DNA from: Camelus ferus
Taxonomy: Eukaryota
Assembly (NCBI RefSeq): GCF_009834535.1
Contig: NC_045696.1
Location: 21,268,001 to 21,332,000 of the forward strand
Direction of reading: 5' to 3'
Length of the DNA: 64,000 nucleotides
The position numbers were made by a program, and so were the translations under genes. Shown here one piece after another: positions 11,400 to 23,544 of this stretch. The notes beneath the pieces are model-generated. The model was not told where the DNA came from and did no database searches. It was given only the letters and a program-made list of their open reading frames with translations. Numbering within the stretch: the first letter of the stretch is position 1; every line of letters begins with the position of its first letter.

Positions 11400-13284
11400 A
11401 CAGTACCAGAAGCTAACTACTAGAATTGAAGAAATCACAAAATTTGGGAGAACTTTGCAAAAATCAAGATGTTAATAAAACTGGCAAAAGAAACACACTA
11501 ATGGCTAATAAACTCTGCCTCATATGAGCTATCATATTTCTTTAGGTCTAGGAAGCTATCAGTTACCAAATGCCACATTGTCTTGTGACAATCAAGAAAG
11601 GAAAAAAAAATTAGATTTGCTATTAAACTCAATAAAATCAGTGCTTTTGATTGTAAGACCCAACCCACTTTCAAACATGGGAGTATGGGTAAATATATAT
11701 GATGGAAAACTTAAGAATGTGACAATAAACAAAATATGAGGCACACAAAACAAATAGAATTGATCTTATCCCACAACTAGATGACAGGAAAGCTACAGTT
11801 GTGTGGAAAAGGGAACCAAGAGGACACTCCAGTGAAAATGCTTCCCGAAATGTATACTGTCTACCAATGATCACCTCACATCACAGTCCAGCTGATGGTT
11901 TAGATAAAACTCTGACCTCAGCCTTAAAATAGCAGTCAGTGAACCAAGCACAGATAATATAAAATAAAACCATTTGTCAGCAGACTGATCCCATCAGCAT
12001 GGTCAATTACAGGAAAGAACAAAGAACTGAGCAAGAAAGAAGCCAGGGTCCTAAACTATTCCAGCTCCTCAAGTGTCCATTTGCCTCCGTGCACCAGTGT
12101 TAACTAGTAACTATAAACCCATTATGGAAAGGATTTTTCCTTCTTTGTAACCTCACTTTAACAGATATGTCCTCAGGGCATTGGTCTAGGCATCAGGCAG
12201 CCCAGTATTTGGAAGACTGGAATTGCTTTCACATCCTGCAGAGAAATAATATTTGTCGAGCTCCTGAAAAGACAAAGCATTTAAAGACTATACATGTCAA
12301 CATGGCCTCTGATTATTCATCTGAAATGAAATTCTGCCAGTGCCCTCACCCTTGTGGGGAATTTTAAAAGCTGCCAGCTCTTCTAGCATTACTCACAACT
12401 GCCACTGAGAGGCCCGCAGAGAGGCTGTCTTCTCAGCCTGCTGCAGGATGGTGAGTCCACTGTGCGGTGAAGCTGTCTTCAGTTCAACAGAGAGGAAAAT
12501 GAAACCTTCATCTGACCTTAGGCGTGTGCCACATTTCATTGGGAAAAAATTTCATTGGGAAAAAAAGACACATGAGTAATTTAGAAACTTTATACCTGTA
12601 TCCCCAGCAGAGCCCTTCTTAACTTATTAGAACCCGAGGTAGGGAGGAGTAATTAGCAGCACTCTAACACCTGTGGAAACCAACTAGCACTTAATTTAAA
12701 TCAGTTTAATATGATTATGTCACCACTGTGATGGTGCCAAACTCAAGGTGAATCACTGAATCAAGCAATTCAGTATTTGCTAGTGGCTAAATATAAACTT
12801 TTAGAAATAATTCTTCTAGTAGATGATTAATGAAGTTTTTTTTTTTCATTTCTCCAATTAATGTTAAAATTTTAAAAATTCAAATTAGTCTTCCTTACTC
12901 AAGACATTTTTTTCAATTAAATTTTGCAGAAGTGTTTTAATTGTACGTTTTGTTTCTCATTAATTTCCACTAAAAACAGTCAAATTACTTTAGAGCAATA
13001 TAACTTGAATCCTGAAAAATCGTAAGAATCTGGCTGCTTTCAAGTAAATCCTTAAGCACAGGGGAGAGATATATTTCTTCCCACTCTTTAATAGCTGCTT
13101 CATTTAAAAGCCCTAGTAAGTAGTGTTCTTGCCTATGACTTCTCTTCAAGCGCTATTTCCTTTCCAGATATTGACTTGTAATTGAAAAACAGAAATGTGA
13201 CTTTTTTCCAGTAGACTAATGTGGGGGAGAATAGATCAAATGTGTCAACAATAATGAATACAAAGATGCAAAGATCAGAGAGGG

Positions 13285-13475
13285 TAGGGTTGTCAGATAA
13301 ATACAGGACAACCAGTTATGTTTGAATTTCAGATAACAAAAATATTTTTGGTATAAATGTCTCAAATATTGCATGGGACATACTTTATACTAAAAATTTG
13401 TTTGTGTTTTGCCTACCTGAAACTCAAATTTAACTGGGCATCTTTTATTTTTATTTACTAAATCTAATGACTCTA
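13285..13475. mobile_element. MER53 palindromic hAT MITE
   Basis: tagggttgtcagataaatacagg...ccagttatgtttgaatttcagata...gtctcaaatattgcatgggacatac...ctgaaactcaaatttaactgggcatc; the left and right arms are reverse complements. Confidence 0.88.
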
Positions 13476-13540
13476 TGTATCAGTAAACTGAAAGGTTATT
13501 TATGGTGAACTCCCTAGGGTAGCATTTCTTTAAGGGTGTC

Positions 13541-13740
13541 TGTGATGGTTAATTTTCAGTGTCAGTTTGACTGGGCCGGGTGATGCCCAGATTGCTGGTA
13601 AAACATTATTTCTGGGTGTTTGTGTGAGATTGTTTCTGGGAGAGATCAATATTTGAATCAGGAGACAGAGTGAAATAGCCCTCATCAATGCAAGTGTTCT
13701 TCATCCAATCCTTTGAGGATCTGAGTAAAACAAAAAGGCT
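13541..13740 (+). mobile_element. ERVL LTR 5' part (MLT2B/D-like)
   Basis: Canonical start 'tgtgatggttaattttcagtgtcagtttgactgggcc...cccagattgctggtaaaacattatttctgggtgt'. Confidence 0.85.
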
Positions 13741-15879
13741 TATCCTGGGAAAATAATTTTTCATGAATTTTTATATAGATTCTAATGATCATGCATTACA
13801 TACATGGCATTTATAATAACATAATAGTTTAGGCTTTGGTAAGGACTTCCTAGCTCTTACATGCCTGACCAGAACCAGAAGCCAAGATTCCAATTATTTG
13901 TTAAATGTTCATTTAGGTATGTTTTTTAATACAAATATATCCTTCCTTCTTTCTCACAGAATCAGCTATATGAAGCATTAATTGAAGTCATCATGTCTTT
14001 TTTAAAATTTTATCTACTTATAGACAGGGAATTTTTTTTCAGTACTTCATGGAAAACCACTTATTCCCCTGTTGTGGAGGGAAGTAAGCTTTATTTATGG
14101 ACATCCTAAAATTTTTAAATTACTATACTTTACAAACCCTACTTAATTTTCCACCTCATACTGTGAAGTAAATATATGTTATTAGAGAAGGTTTTGTTTT
14201 TTTTAAAATAATATGCTATGGGACTAAATGCATTGTTCAGCATGGGACCTATTTATGGCATTTTATTATAAAAGATGTTTATAGAATGGCACAATATTTT
14301 CAGGAACTGAATTCCAATAGTATTACTGAATTTCAGTACAACCAGAAATATAATACCAGATATTTCAGCAAGTATGGATAAATATAAAGTTATTTCTAAA
14401 TGATATTCACCATTTAATTAAAATGTAGACTGAAGCCATCTAAATATTTTAACTGTAAAGAAAAAAAAAGTATAATTAGGATTTGATTAAAAGCTTATTT
14501 ACTTACTCTTCTTTTCCAATTATATACAGGACGTTAGTGTTTAGAATTCATTTGTAGATATTCACAAGCAACAAAATGTATAGACAGTTATCTATGATGA
14601 GAGATAATCACTATTAACTCAATTTTGTGTTGCCTTTGTTTTTCATAAATTAAAAAAAATCACATTTTGCTTATAAAGGCATATCAGCCAATAGATTACT
14701 TTATTTGTGTACTTCAGAACTTCCCAAAGAATGTCTGGCAGCTTTTCTAATACCCTGAGTCTTATAACCTTATCAACATTTTTTGATATTCTGTGTTTCC
14801 AAAGTTTTAAAAAGTATTGAAAAAAAACTGTTGAAAAGCCACAGTTTCAAATGACTGCATACTTGAACAAGTGCCTACCAAGTTATTTTTCTATAAAGAA
14901 GCTCAAAGAGACTTGCACCATGTCACTGTTTGAATCACAATAGAAGGAAGTTTAAAAGAATAAGAGAAAACATGAATTAGAGCTCATTCAAAAGCTTCAT
15001 GACAGGCCAGCACTAAAATATAATGATAGTTTAAAATGACTAACTCTGCAAATCTGTTCTGTTTTCACAAAGGCACTTAGAATGTCACCTAAAATTGCTC
15101 CAATATAAAATGGTTAATGCTTATGAAATTACTCATTCATTTATTCAGAAAACATGTTCTGCTCTAATTATTTAAACACTGCTTGATTAAAATATAAGTA
15201 AATATATTTTCTGAAAGTGTCCATAATTTTGTAATTTTAGCCTAATAGCAAAGTATCCATTCCAAATGCTTCTTTAATGTAGCTTATAAAAAGATATGTA
15301 ATAGTTTTCACAGTCCTTATTCTTACGTTATAGACCCTTTTTGTAGAAAATCTTCAGCCGTATTTGTCACCTAAATTGTGACATGAATTTACTGTGGAGC
15401 TTTAACATATAAGATATCCATTTCTGATGTAAGACATTAATTTCTAGGCATAAAATCTTTATTTCTAGCTAATTCAGCTATGTGAGTGGGCGTGTCTAAA
15501 ACTCTATGCAAACTTCCCATTCATTTGATAGCAACCATTGAAAAAGTTAGTCCCAGAAACCAGGAGTGAATAATATTTACCAGAATATTTAACAACATAG
15601 TCATCTTCTATCTTGCCATGCTAGATAAGCAAGTTGAAATTTAAAATTAATTCGAGGTAAAGACATTCCAGCTTGAAACAACCGTCAGAGTCATACTTAG
15701 AAAACTTAAAATACTAGACCCTTCATAGTACATAGTACATCCAGAATGAAAATGTTTGCTATCATTTTTACTATTCTAATATATAAGCAATTTTAAGCCA
15801 TGAAATAATAATTTTCACACGTGGTACTATACTTAAAGAAAAAAGGAAATCTTACTGGAATTTAGCACAGAATATAATG

Positions 15880-16930
15880 CAACTAATAGAAAAGTTCAAT
15901 AATATAGACAATAAATTGTGTACCAAAAATAATCAGCTTAAAAATAAAATGAAAAAAGGGTCTGCTTCAAATAGCAATAAAATATATAAATTATTTCAGA
16001 AATAATTTAATATATAATGTGTCTTGCATATAAGGAAAGATGCTGTAACATTTTCCTGGGGAAGTTTAATCAAAATAAATGAGTAAATGAAAAAGCTCAT
16101 CAGTGTTTGTAAGTCTCCTTTATGGAACTCCAATTTCTGTGTTCATTCCTCCAATTTGATGTCACACAGTTCTTACATAAGACATACTATTTTATCCCCA
16201 AGCATATTATTCTCTTGCATAAATTCCTATCTGGAAGATAGTAACTCCCTCTTGAACTACAAGTACTTACATCCAACAGCATTTTGGACACACTCAACTG
16301 GAGCCCAAGAGCTACCTTATATTCAGCAGATGCAAAAATGAAAAAACTCTTTAGCAGACGTTGTACAACCAGCAATTGAAAAATGTGTATCTTTTTAAAA
16401 TGTGTATGACACCTTTATACACATAGATAATATACTAAACTATAAAAGAAGTCAAAATAAATCTAAAAAATGAAACTATATATACATTTACTTATCAAAA
16501 TTCCATTAAGATTATATTAAGCACATAAAGATAATTAGAAATTTTCTATACATAGGAAATTAAGTACCACATTTCTAGCTAACACATAGATAAACAAGTA
16601 AATTACAATATAATTAGAAAATATTTTAATTGAATGATAACACTAGTATTAAAATTCAAGACTTGAAAGTTCAGCTAAATCAGAAATTATAGGTAAAGTA
16701 AGAGCTATACCTATACTGGAAGTGAAGAAAGATAAAAATATAGGCGTGAAGTATCATTTTAGAAAATTAGAAAAAAGTATCTGCAAAATAACCTCAAAAA
16801 GAATTAAAGAAAAAAAATAATAGAGATAAGAATAGAAATCAATAAAATAGAAACAAACATAAAATAAAGGTCATCAAAGCTAACAGCACTTTCTCTGCAA
16901 TTTTTATTAAAATTGCTAAATCTCTTATGA
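15880..16930 (+). mobile_element. Old L1 ORF2 fragments (rearranged)
   Basis: A-rich, with 'ggaaattaagtaccacatttctagctaac...aattagaaaatattttaattgaatgataa...agaaatcaataaaatagaaac' typical of ORF2 downstream of the endonuclease domain. Confidence 0.6.
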
Positions 16931-17239
16931 GAGTGATCACAATGTAGTATTGCATCTGGGGATCTCAGGCTTATTATATAGCCCAGCATCTCAAATCTAC
17001 ATTTTGGATTGTAAATTTCACTTTATTGGATATTTTCTGTTAAGCTTATTCTTTTTCCTAAATTTAAAAATGAAAAAAAAATCTTAAAGTCTTTTAGATT
17101 AACAAAAATAATATCTGTAAATTACAAAAGTCACATATAATCCCAGGAAGATTGAAATATCAGAAAATAATTTGCTGTATCAGACATAGGTTTGATTCTC
17201 TTAATATTAAGTAACCTCTAGCAAAAATAACAAGGTATC

Positions 17240-17598
17240 AAGCCAGAAAGAGAAAGAAAAACACCATATGAGATCACTCATATGTGGAATCTAAAATAAA
17301 CAAAACAAAACATAAATACAAAACAGAAACTGACTCATAGACATAGAATACAAACCTGTGGTTGCCAAGGGGATGGGGGTGGGAAGGGACATACTGGGAT
17401 TTTAAAATGTAGAATAGATAAACAAGATTATACTGTATAGCACAGGGAAATATATACAAGATCTTGTGGTAGCTCACAGAGAAAAAAAAATGTGACAATG
17501 AATATATGTATGTTCATGTATAACTGAAAAAATCGTGCTCTACACTGGAATTTGACACAATATTGTAAAATGACTACAGCTCATTAAAAAATGTTTAA
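17240..17598 (+). mobile_element. Young camelid-type L1 3' end inserted in an older L1
   Basis: 17-bp TSD aaaaataacaaggtatc (17223-17239) / aaaaataacaaagtatc (17599-17615); 'aagccagaaagagaaagaaaaacaccatatgagatcactcatatgtggaatctaaaa'. Confidence 0.93.
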
Positions 17599-18048
17599 AA
17601 AAATAACAAAGTATCTTTGTATAAAATTATCCAACATTATGAATATGAATTTTAACAAAGGAAATCTATACATTTGGGATAAGCCTTAAACACCTTAGTA
17701 ATCTAAAGGTGAAAATTAAAACAGCAAAAGATATGAATCCACAGATGGGCAATGATGAGCCAAGGACTGGGCTATAAGATATAAATATTTTGTTAGAGAG
17801 TTGGCGGAAAAAAATCAGTCAGCAATTTGAAAAGCCCCAGGTTTCAAGTTGCAACATTATCTAATTATAGTTCTCATGAGGCATTTATAAATTTTATTTT
17901 TTTTTCAGAGATCCAACTTTTGTTTCTGGTGGTTATCTCTTGTGTATATGTTTTTATTTCATTAATTTATGCTGTCACCTTTATAATTTCCTTCCTTTGT
18001 TCGATGTAATAAGATAATGAAATCTTAGGTGGGCGTGAAATTTCTACC

Positions 18049-18651
18049 TGTATTTGTCCTCTACTGCTGTGCAACAAATGACCATGAATTTTGTGGCTTA
18101 AAACAACATCCCCTGATTAGGTCAGGTTCTGTAAGGCAGAAATCAGGCAGAGCACAGCTGGGTTCTCTGCTGAGGGTCTTACAAGGCTGAAATCAAGTTG
18201 CTGGCTGGGCTTCACTGCTTTTTGTGTTCTCATTTCCTCCAGGATCATTCAGATTATTGGGCAAATTCAATTCCTTGTAGTTCTAGGACTGAAATATCCC
18301 CTCACTTGCTGGCTGGCAGCTGGGGGCCTTTATCTGCTCTTAGAGACCACCCATATTCCCTGTCCATGGCTGCCTCTCCATCTTCAAAGTCAGCAACAGA
18401 GAATCTCTTTCATGTGGAACATCTCTCACGATTGAAGTCTCTTCTTCAGGAATAGTTACTTTTAACTGGTTCATCTGCTAGGTAAGGCACACCCAGGATC
18501 ATTTCTCTGTCTTAAAACCACGGTGCCACATAATGCAATGTAATCACGGGTGTGACTAACCCATCGTGTTTGCAAATTCCAGGCATTATACGGGGAGAAT
18601 ATGCCACAAGGTGGGACTTGTTGGAGCAGATTTAGAATTCTGCCAGCCACA
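18049..18651 (-). mobile_element. MaLR solo LTR (MLT1E-like)
   Basis: TG...CA termini; 'gtggcttaaaacaaca...caaggctgaaatcaag...ccatcttcaaagtcagcaac...ttagaattctgccagccaca'. Confidence 0.88.
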
Positions 18652-21486
18652 TCGCCTAAAAGCAAATGAAAGAAAATATGCTTTAAAATAGTAAACAAAA
18701 ATCATATGAACACGCACACACATGCATCACTGAAAATAATAACATCAAAAGGTTCACAGTTTTCATTTGGAAGAGGCAAGATTTTTTTTTTCTGTCTTCC
18801 TGTTTCATTACAATGATTTTTATACTTCAATAAACATTAATTAAATTAGTAATATTTTATCAAATCCCTTCTTCCAACATTATTGTGGACATTTTCAGTT
18901 TTACTATATCACTGCACTTGCAGATTTTGACTGATAACTGTTATATAAGAAAAATAAAATAATTCTGTTAGCAGAAGAGAACCCATTTGGGGAATTTAAT
19001 ATATGAATGCAAACGATCTACTTTTTTTTTCAAACATAGCTTCATTTTGATATAATGAAAGAGGAGAGGTCGATAGCACAAGACTATGATTATAAAACCG
19101 TGTGCAATGAAAAAGGAAAAATTATTTTCCAAATGACCTTTCTGTTAAATCTAGATTTTTGTATTTGGTTTTAGTTCAAGTGAAAGCACCCCTATTTACT
19201 TTTCTGTTACATATGCCATTCATTCTGATTATTATTAAACCCAATGCTGACTTCACTCTGCCACCCTGAACATAGCCAAATTGTATTTGTTCATGGAACT
19301 GAAACACATCTTCTGTTTAACTAAAGGGGAACAATTGGAAAGGCAGAAGTGGGTAGAAATCACAGTGCAATCTAAAGCTAAATAGGAGTCTTTTCTTTAT
19401 ACATTGTGATAAATCACATGTACTACTGTTCTCTTTCATTACACAGAATTTAAAAATGTATTTCTCTATTGATAGGCCCTAATACTTTTATTATCATTTA
19501 CAAGTTTTTGTTTTTTTCATTCATTCTTATCTTTTTAAAAAAATTCCCTGCCATTACAAAAGAAAAATAAATAAGTCTTTCAGGAATGAGCTAGAAATGC
19601 AAATAAGTCTTAACTGTCATTTAAAAAAGAAAATTATTTAAACAGTTTTGAGAAAGAATTGTTTCACTAAAAGCTTAAGAAGAACATGGCATGAATATCA
19701 AAGGCTGCTTACAATAATTATATACAAAGAAGAAAGTTTAAGCAAAGCCTATGTAGAACTTAATTATTTCACTAGTGGTGGGGGACTCAGTATTCTATAA
19801 GTAACAGGATAATCAGTTTTTCCCCTTCGCAGGATAATTAATGGTTCTTGCTATTTAAAGAATAAAAGCACTATGGAAAGGCAATTAATTGTTTTCTTTA
19901 CCTGAAATTGCTTCCTAATTACCTAGTTATTCCTAGTTGACGAGAAGCCAAACAGGAAATGGAAATTATAACACCCACCTGCATCAACAGGAGTGTGATA
20001 TAGCTGGGGCTTTATTAAAGTGTGTATTTCTTATTTTCATTTTTAATTAACTTCTATTTTAAACACAGGATATTTATTTCAAAATAACATTGCTCATGAG
20101 ACAAAAAAGGAAAAAATAAGAATAGAGCCAGTGCATAACTCAAACACAGGCAACCAGAGAGGAAAAAATGGCGTAGTTGGAATATTTGTCCCTAGCACTA
20201 AACTTTAATTTTTGAGGTGGAAGTATTTTATGTGAATATGTAGACTATATTTACATATAGATTATGTTCATATCAAATTTTGCTAAATATATAATTATAG
20301 TTTTATTTCCCAGAAAATAGTGGTGATAATATATAACTAATCTTATATAGTTTTGATTATATCTTTAGGTTGAGTACACCAGGTCTCAGCAATGCCATAT
20401 AGGTGGAAATTGCAACTATAGCATGTGTTTATAGAAAGCTTTCAAATAGTTATAGACGACAAACTATGTATCATTTATTTCATAACAACTATACATATAC
20501 AAAATATAAAGTATCTAATGTAATGTATTATCTAATGTAAATATATGCTTAGTATCCAAGCCTCATGTATTCATGTAATAATGAAATCTTATTTTGTTCT
20601 GTTTGATATTACTTTGTAGCACTTCTGACATGTCTAGCAAAAATTTCAACTAACATATTTTAAAATCTGCTTTAATTTTCAACCTCTAAAAAAACTTTCA
20701 CCTTAATGGTCACTACTTCATTTTGGCAAATAGATATCAATCTCGTGGTTATTCTAAAAACTTAAGGAACTGAATGAAATTGATGAATATAATATCGATG
20801 TTCCCACACGAAAGTTTCAAAAATTTGATTTCTGTGCTTATGGAAGGACTTCTCAGATTATCCATTGAAAATCAAATGTCAAGATCTTGAAATTCTGCTC
20901 TTGTAAATTAAACTTTGTTATTTAATTTAAAACTAAAATTTACTTTGCCAAATCTAATTTTAATTAGTTTAATTTCCAGGTATGTTTTATTGTACTGTAT
21001 TATATTCGTCTATGAATGCTATCACTACTTTGTTGGTTTTGAGGGGTTTTTGTTTGTTTTGATAAATAATAATTCTGAATCTGAAAAATGTGTGATAAAT
21101 CAAAGCCCCATTTCTGGACTTAGGAATCTCCACTGTGACTTAGATCTGACACTCTGAATTGTTATACTCAGAACATGATCTCTTATTCTTTCCCCTATTC
21201 AGTCTCCCTTCTGACTCTGCTTACCACCTGTAAGCGAGAGGGCCCACCTCCCACCCTATGGAACCTTTTTAGCTTCCTCTCTTCCATACTTCCTCTTCCC
21301 ATACTCATGATGACAGTGGGTACAGTGGTTCTACCAATGTCATGCCTCCTTTCTATTCCCTGTTCTCTCCTTCCACCCAGGGACAACCTCTTGAAGTCCA
21401 CTGGAGCAGATTCAAGTCACCTTCACACTTTAGACCTTTTTGCTTTAGTCTACTTCGCGTGCTATTTTGATTAAAATTTCCAAAAG

Positions 21487-21706
21487 TCTAGATTTACAGA
21501 TACCAACTAATATACATTACATAGATAAACAACAAGTTTATACAGTATAGCACAAGGAACTATATTCAATATTTTGCAGTAACTTAAGATGAAAGCGAAT
21601 ATGAAAATGATTATATGTATGTTCTTATATGACTGAAGCATTGTGCTGTACACCAGAAATTGACACAACATTGTAAACTGACTATGCTTCAATAAAAATA
21701 TATTTA
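21487..21706 (+). mobile_element. L1 3' UTR end (same type as 769-901)
   Basis: 'tagataaacaacaagtttatacagtatagcacaaggaactatattcaata...gactatgcttcaataaaa'; approximate TSD aaaatttccaaaag / aaaattttctaaaag. Confidence 0.88.
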
Positions 21707-22421
21707 AAAATTTTCTAAAAGACAACTTTAGCACTTTTCTTCTCCTCATCAGCATCACTGTGGTGCTGGGAGTCAGTTCAGATTGGTTAGTGCCTTTGCC
21801 CTAAAAGTCATTAAACATTTTGAATTATCATTTCTAGTGCCACCTATGATGATGAATCTTAGGCAAACATTGTTCATGAACATCCTTCTGTTAGGTAACA
21901 ATTGTTAACATTTTCATCTCCATTATTTCAATTGTTAATTAAGGAATTACATGACAAAATCACTTATCATTTGAGAAGTTCAGTGTCCTACTCTTTAATA
22001 TATATGTGGCCATTTCACACATTTTCATAAGGGAGTGAGGTTTTTAATCTATAAATAATTTTATTGACCAATGTTGTTTTAGAAGCACTCATTTGTTCTG
22101 TGGGGAAACCACTTTTCTGTATGCTCAATATTGTTTGCTAGGTTTTATTAAGTTTACAATAAATTTCAAGTGTCATAAGAGATTCTAATAATAAAACACA
22201 CTAAATTATTTTAGATAGGGAAAGGAAAAAATAACATTTTAAACTAAATGCATATAGCAACATAAAAGAACTTCATTTTTTGAAAAATTTATGAGAAACT
22301 TCAGAATCTAAGATTTTATAATGAAGAAGGACTACTGAGGCATAAGGCAGCAAATATGATTTCTGATGGTGATTGTTTCACTTATTAGGTATAGTACTTA
22401 GTGATTCACTTAATCTATTTA

Positions 22422-22533
22422 TTTATTTTTTTAATTTCTATCTTTTTTGGGGGGGCAGTAATTAGGTTTATTTACTTACTTATTTTTGGAGGAGGTACTG
22501 GGGATTGACCACTTGTGCTATATCTGCCCCTCT
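22422..22533 (-). mobile_element. Vic-1-type SINE with internal deletion, inserted in a MIR remnant
   Basis: Reverse complement reads ggggcagatatagcacaagtggtcaatccccagtacctcc...aaacctaattactgccccccc plus A tail; perfect 14-bp TSD acttaatctattta (22408-22421, 22534-22547). Confidence 0.85.
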
Positions 22534-22616
22534 ACTTAATCTATTTAAATACTGTTTCCCTCAAACATAAAATGAGGGGAAATTTGATTAGATAATCTCC
22601 CTTTTAGCTCTACTAA

Positions 22617-22668
22617 CACACACGACAGACACACATATCACACACACGCACACACACACACACACACA
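22617..22668. repeat. Interrupted (CA)n microsatellite
   Basis: Read directly. Confidence 0.9.
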
Positions 22669-23516
22669 CCCCCAGTAAGTAAGACCTAAGTGGGAGGAAA
22701 GCAGCATCCAATTTCTGACATGTACCCTAACAGCTTCCTGAAAAACAATGAGGTTACAGCCCCAGAGAAGAGTAGATGAGTTTTGAATTTTCTGATTTGA
22801 CTTACTTTTTGATCTGGTCATGGTAAGAAACAGAATCAAGTGAGGACAAACATATCTATGAAGTTGTAAGTGTTGGGACAGGAGTTTAATTAGAGATTAT
22901 AGAAGATCACCTAGAAGAGGTGTTGCTTTCTGTAACATTTCAAAATCATGAAATTTAGCTTCTATAGAAACAAATCTATGTATATAAAAACTTTCTATTT
23001 GGAATATATTTCATGGTTAGTCAATGACCATTTTCTAGGTATAATACTATTAAACAATTTTGGAAAATTATTCTATGTAAAGGGATGAGTTCAGAGTAGA
23101 CACTCAATGTGCATTAAATGTTCATAAATAGTATTATTTAGAATTATTAGGACATTGTAAAAATAAATTCCAAAAAGATTAATTAATTAATGCAATTCCA
23201 AAAGATTCTCAAAAGATAAATTTAATCCCTTTATTGTAACTTATAATCAAATTGTCAAATGCCTTTTTTATTCTTTAATAAATATTCTATCAAAACTTTA
23301 AAATTTTTGACCAAATTCACACCCAATATATTCCCTTCACAATCAATTTTTCTTAGTTAATTTAATTTAAAATATTTCTGTTTACTCTAAATTTCCATCA
23401 AAAAGTTCAGATACTACCAATTTATTTTGATTTACTAATTTAATATAAAATGAAACTGTAAAAGATATCATAGTGTTTGAAAATGCAAAGCAATTCAGGG
23501 ACTAAGTAAAAACCAA

Positions 23517-23544
23517 TTCATTCATTCATTCATTCATTCATTCA
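23517..23544. repeat. (TTCA)7 tetranucleotide repeat (possibly an L2 tail)
   Basis: Read directly; L2 3' ends carry (TGAA)n. Confidence 0.9.
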
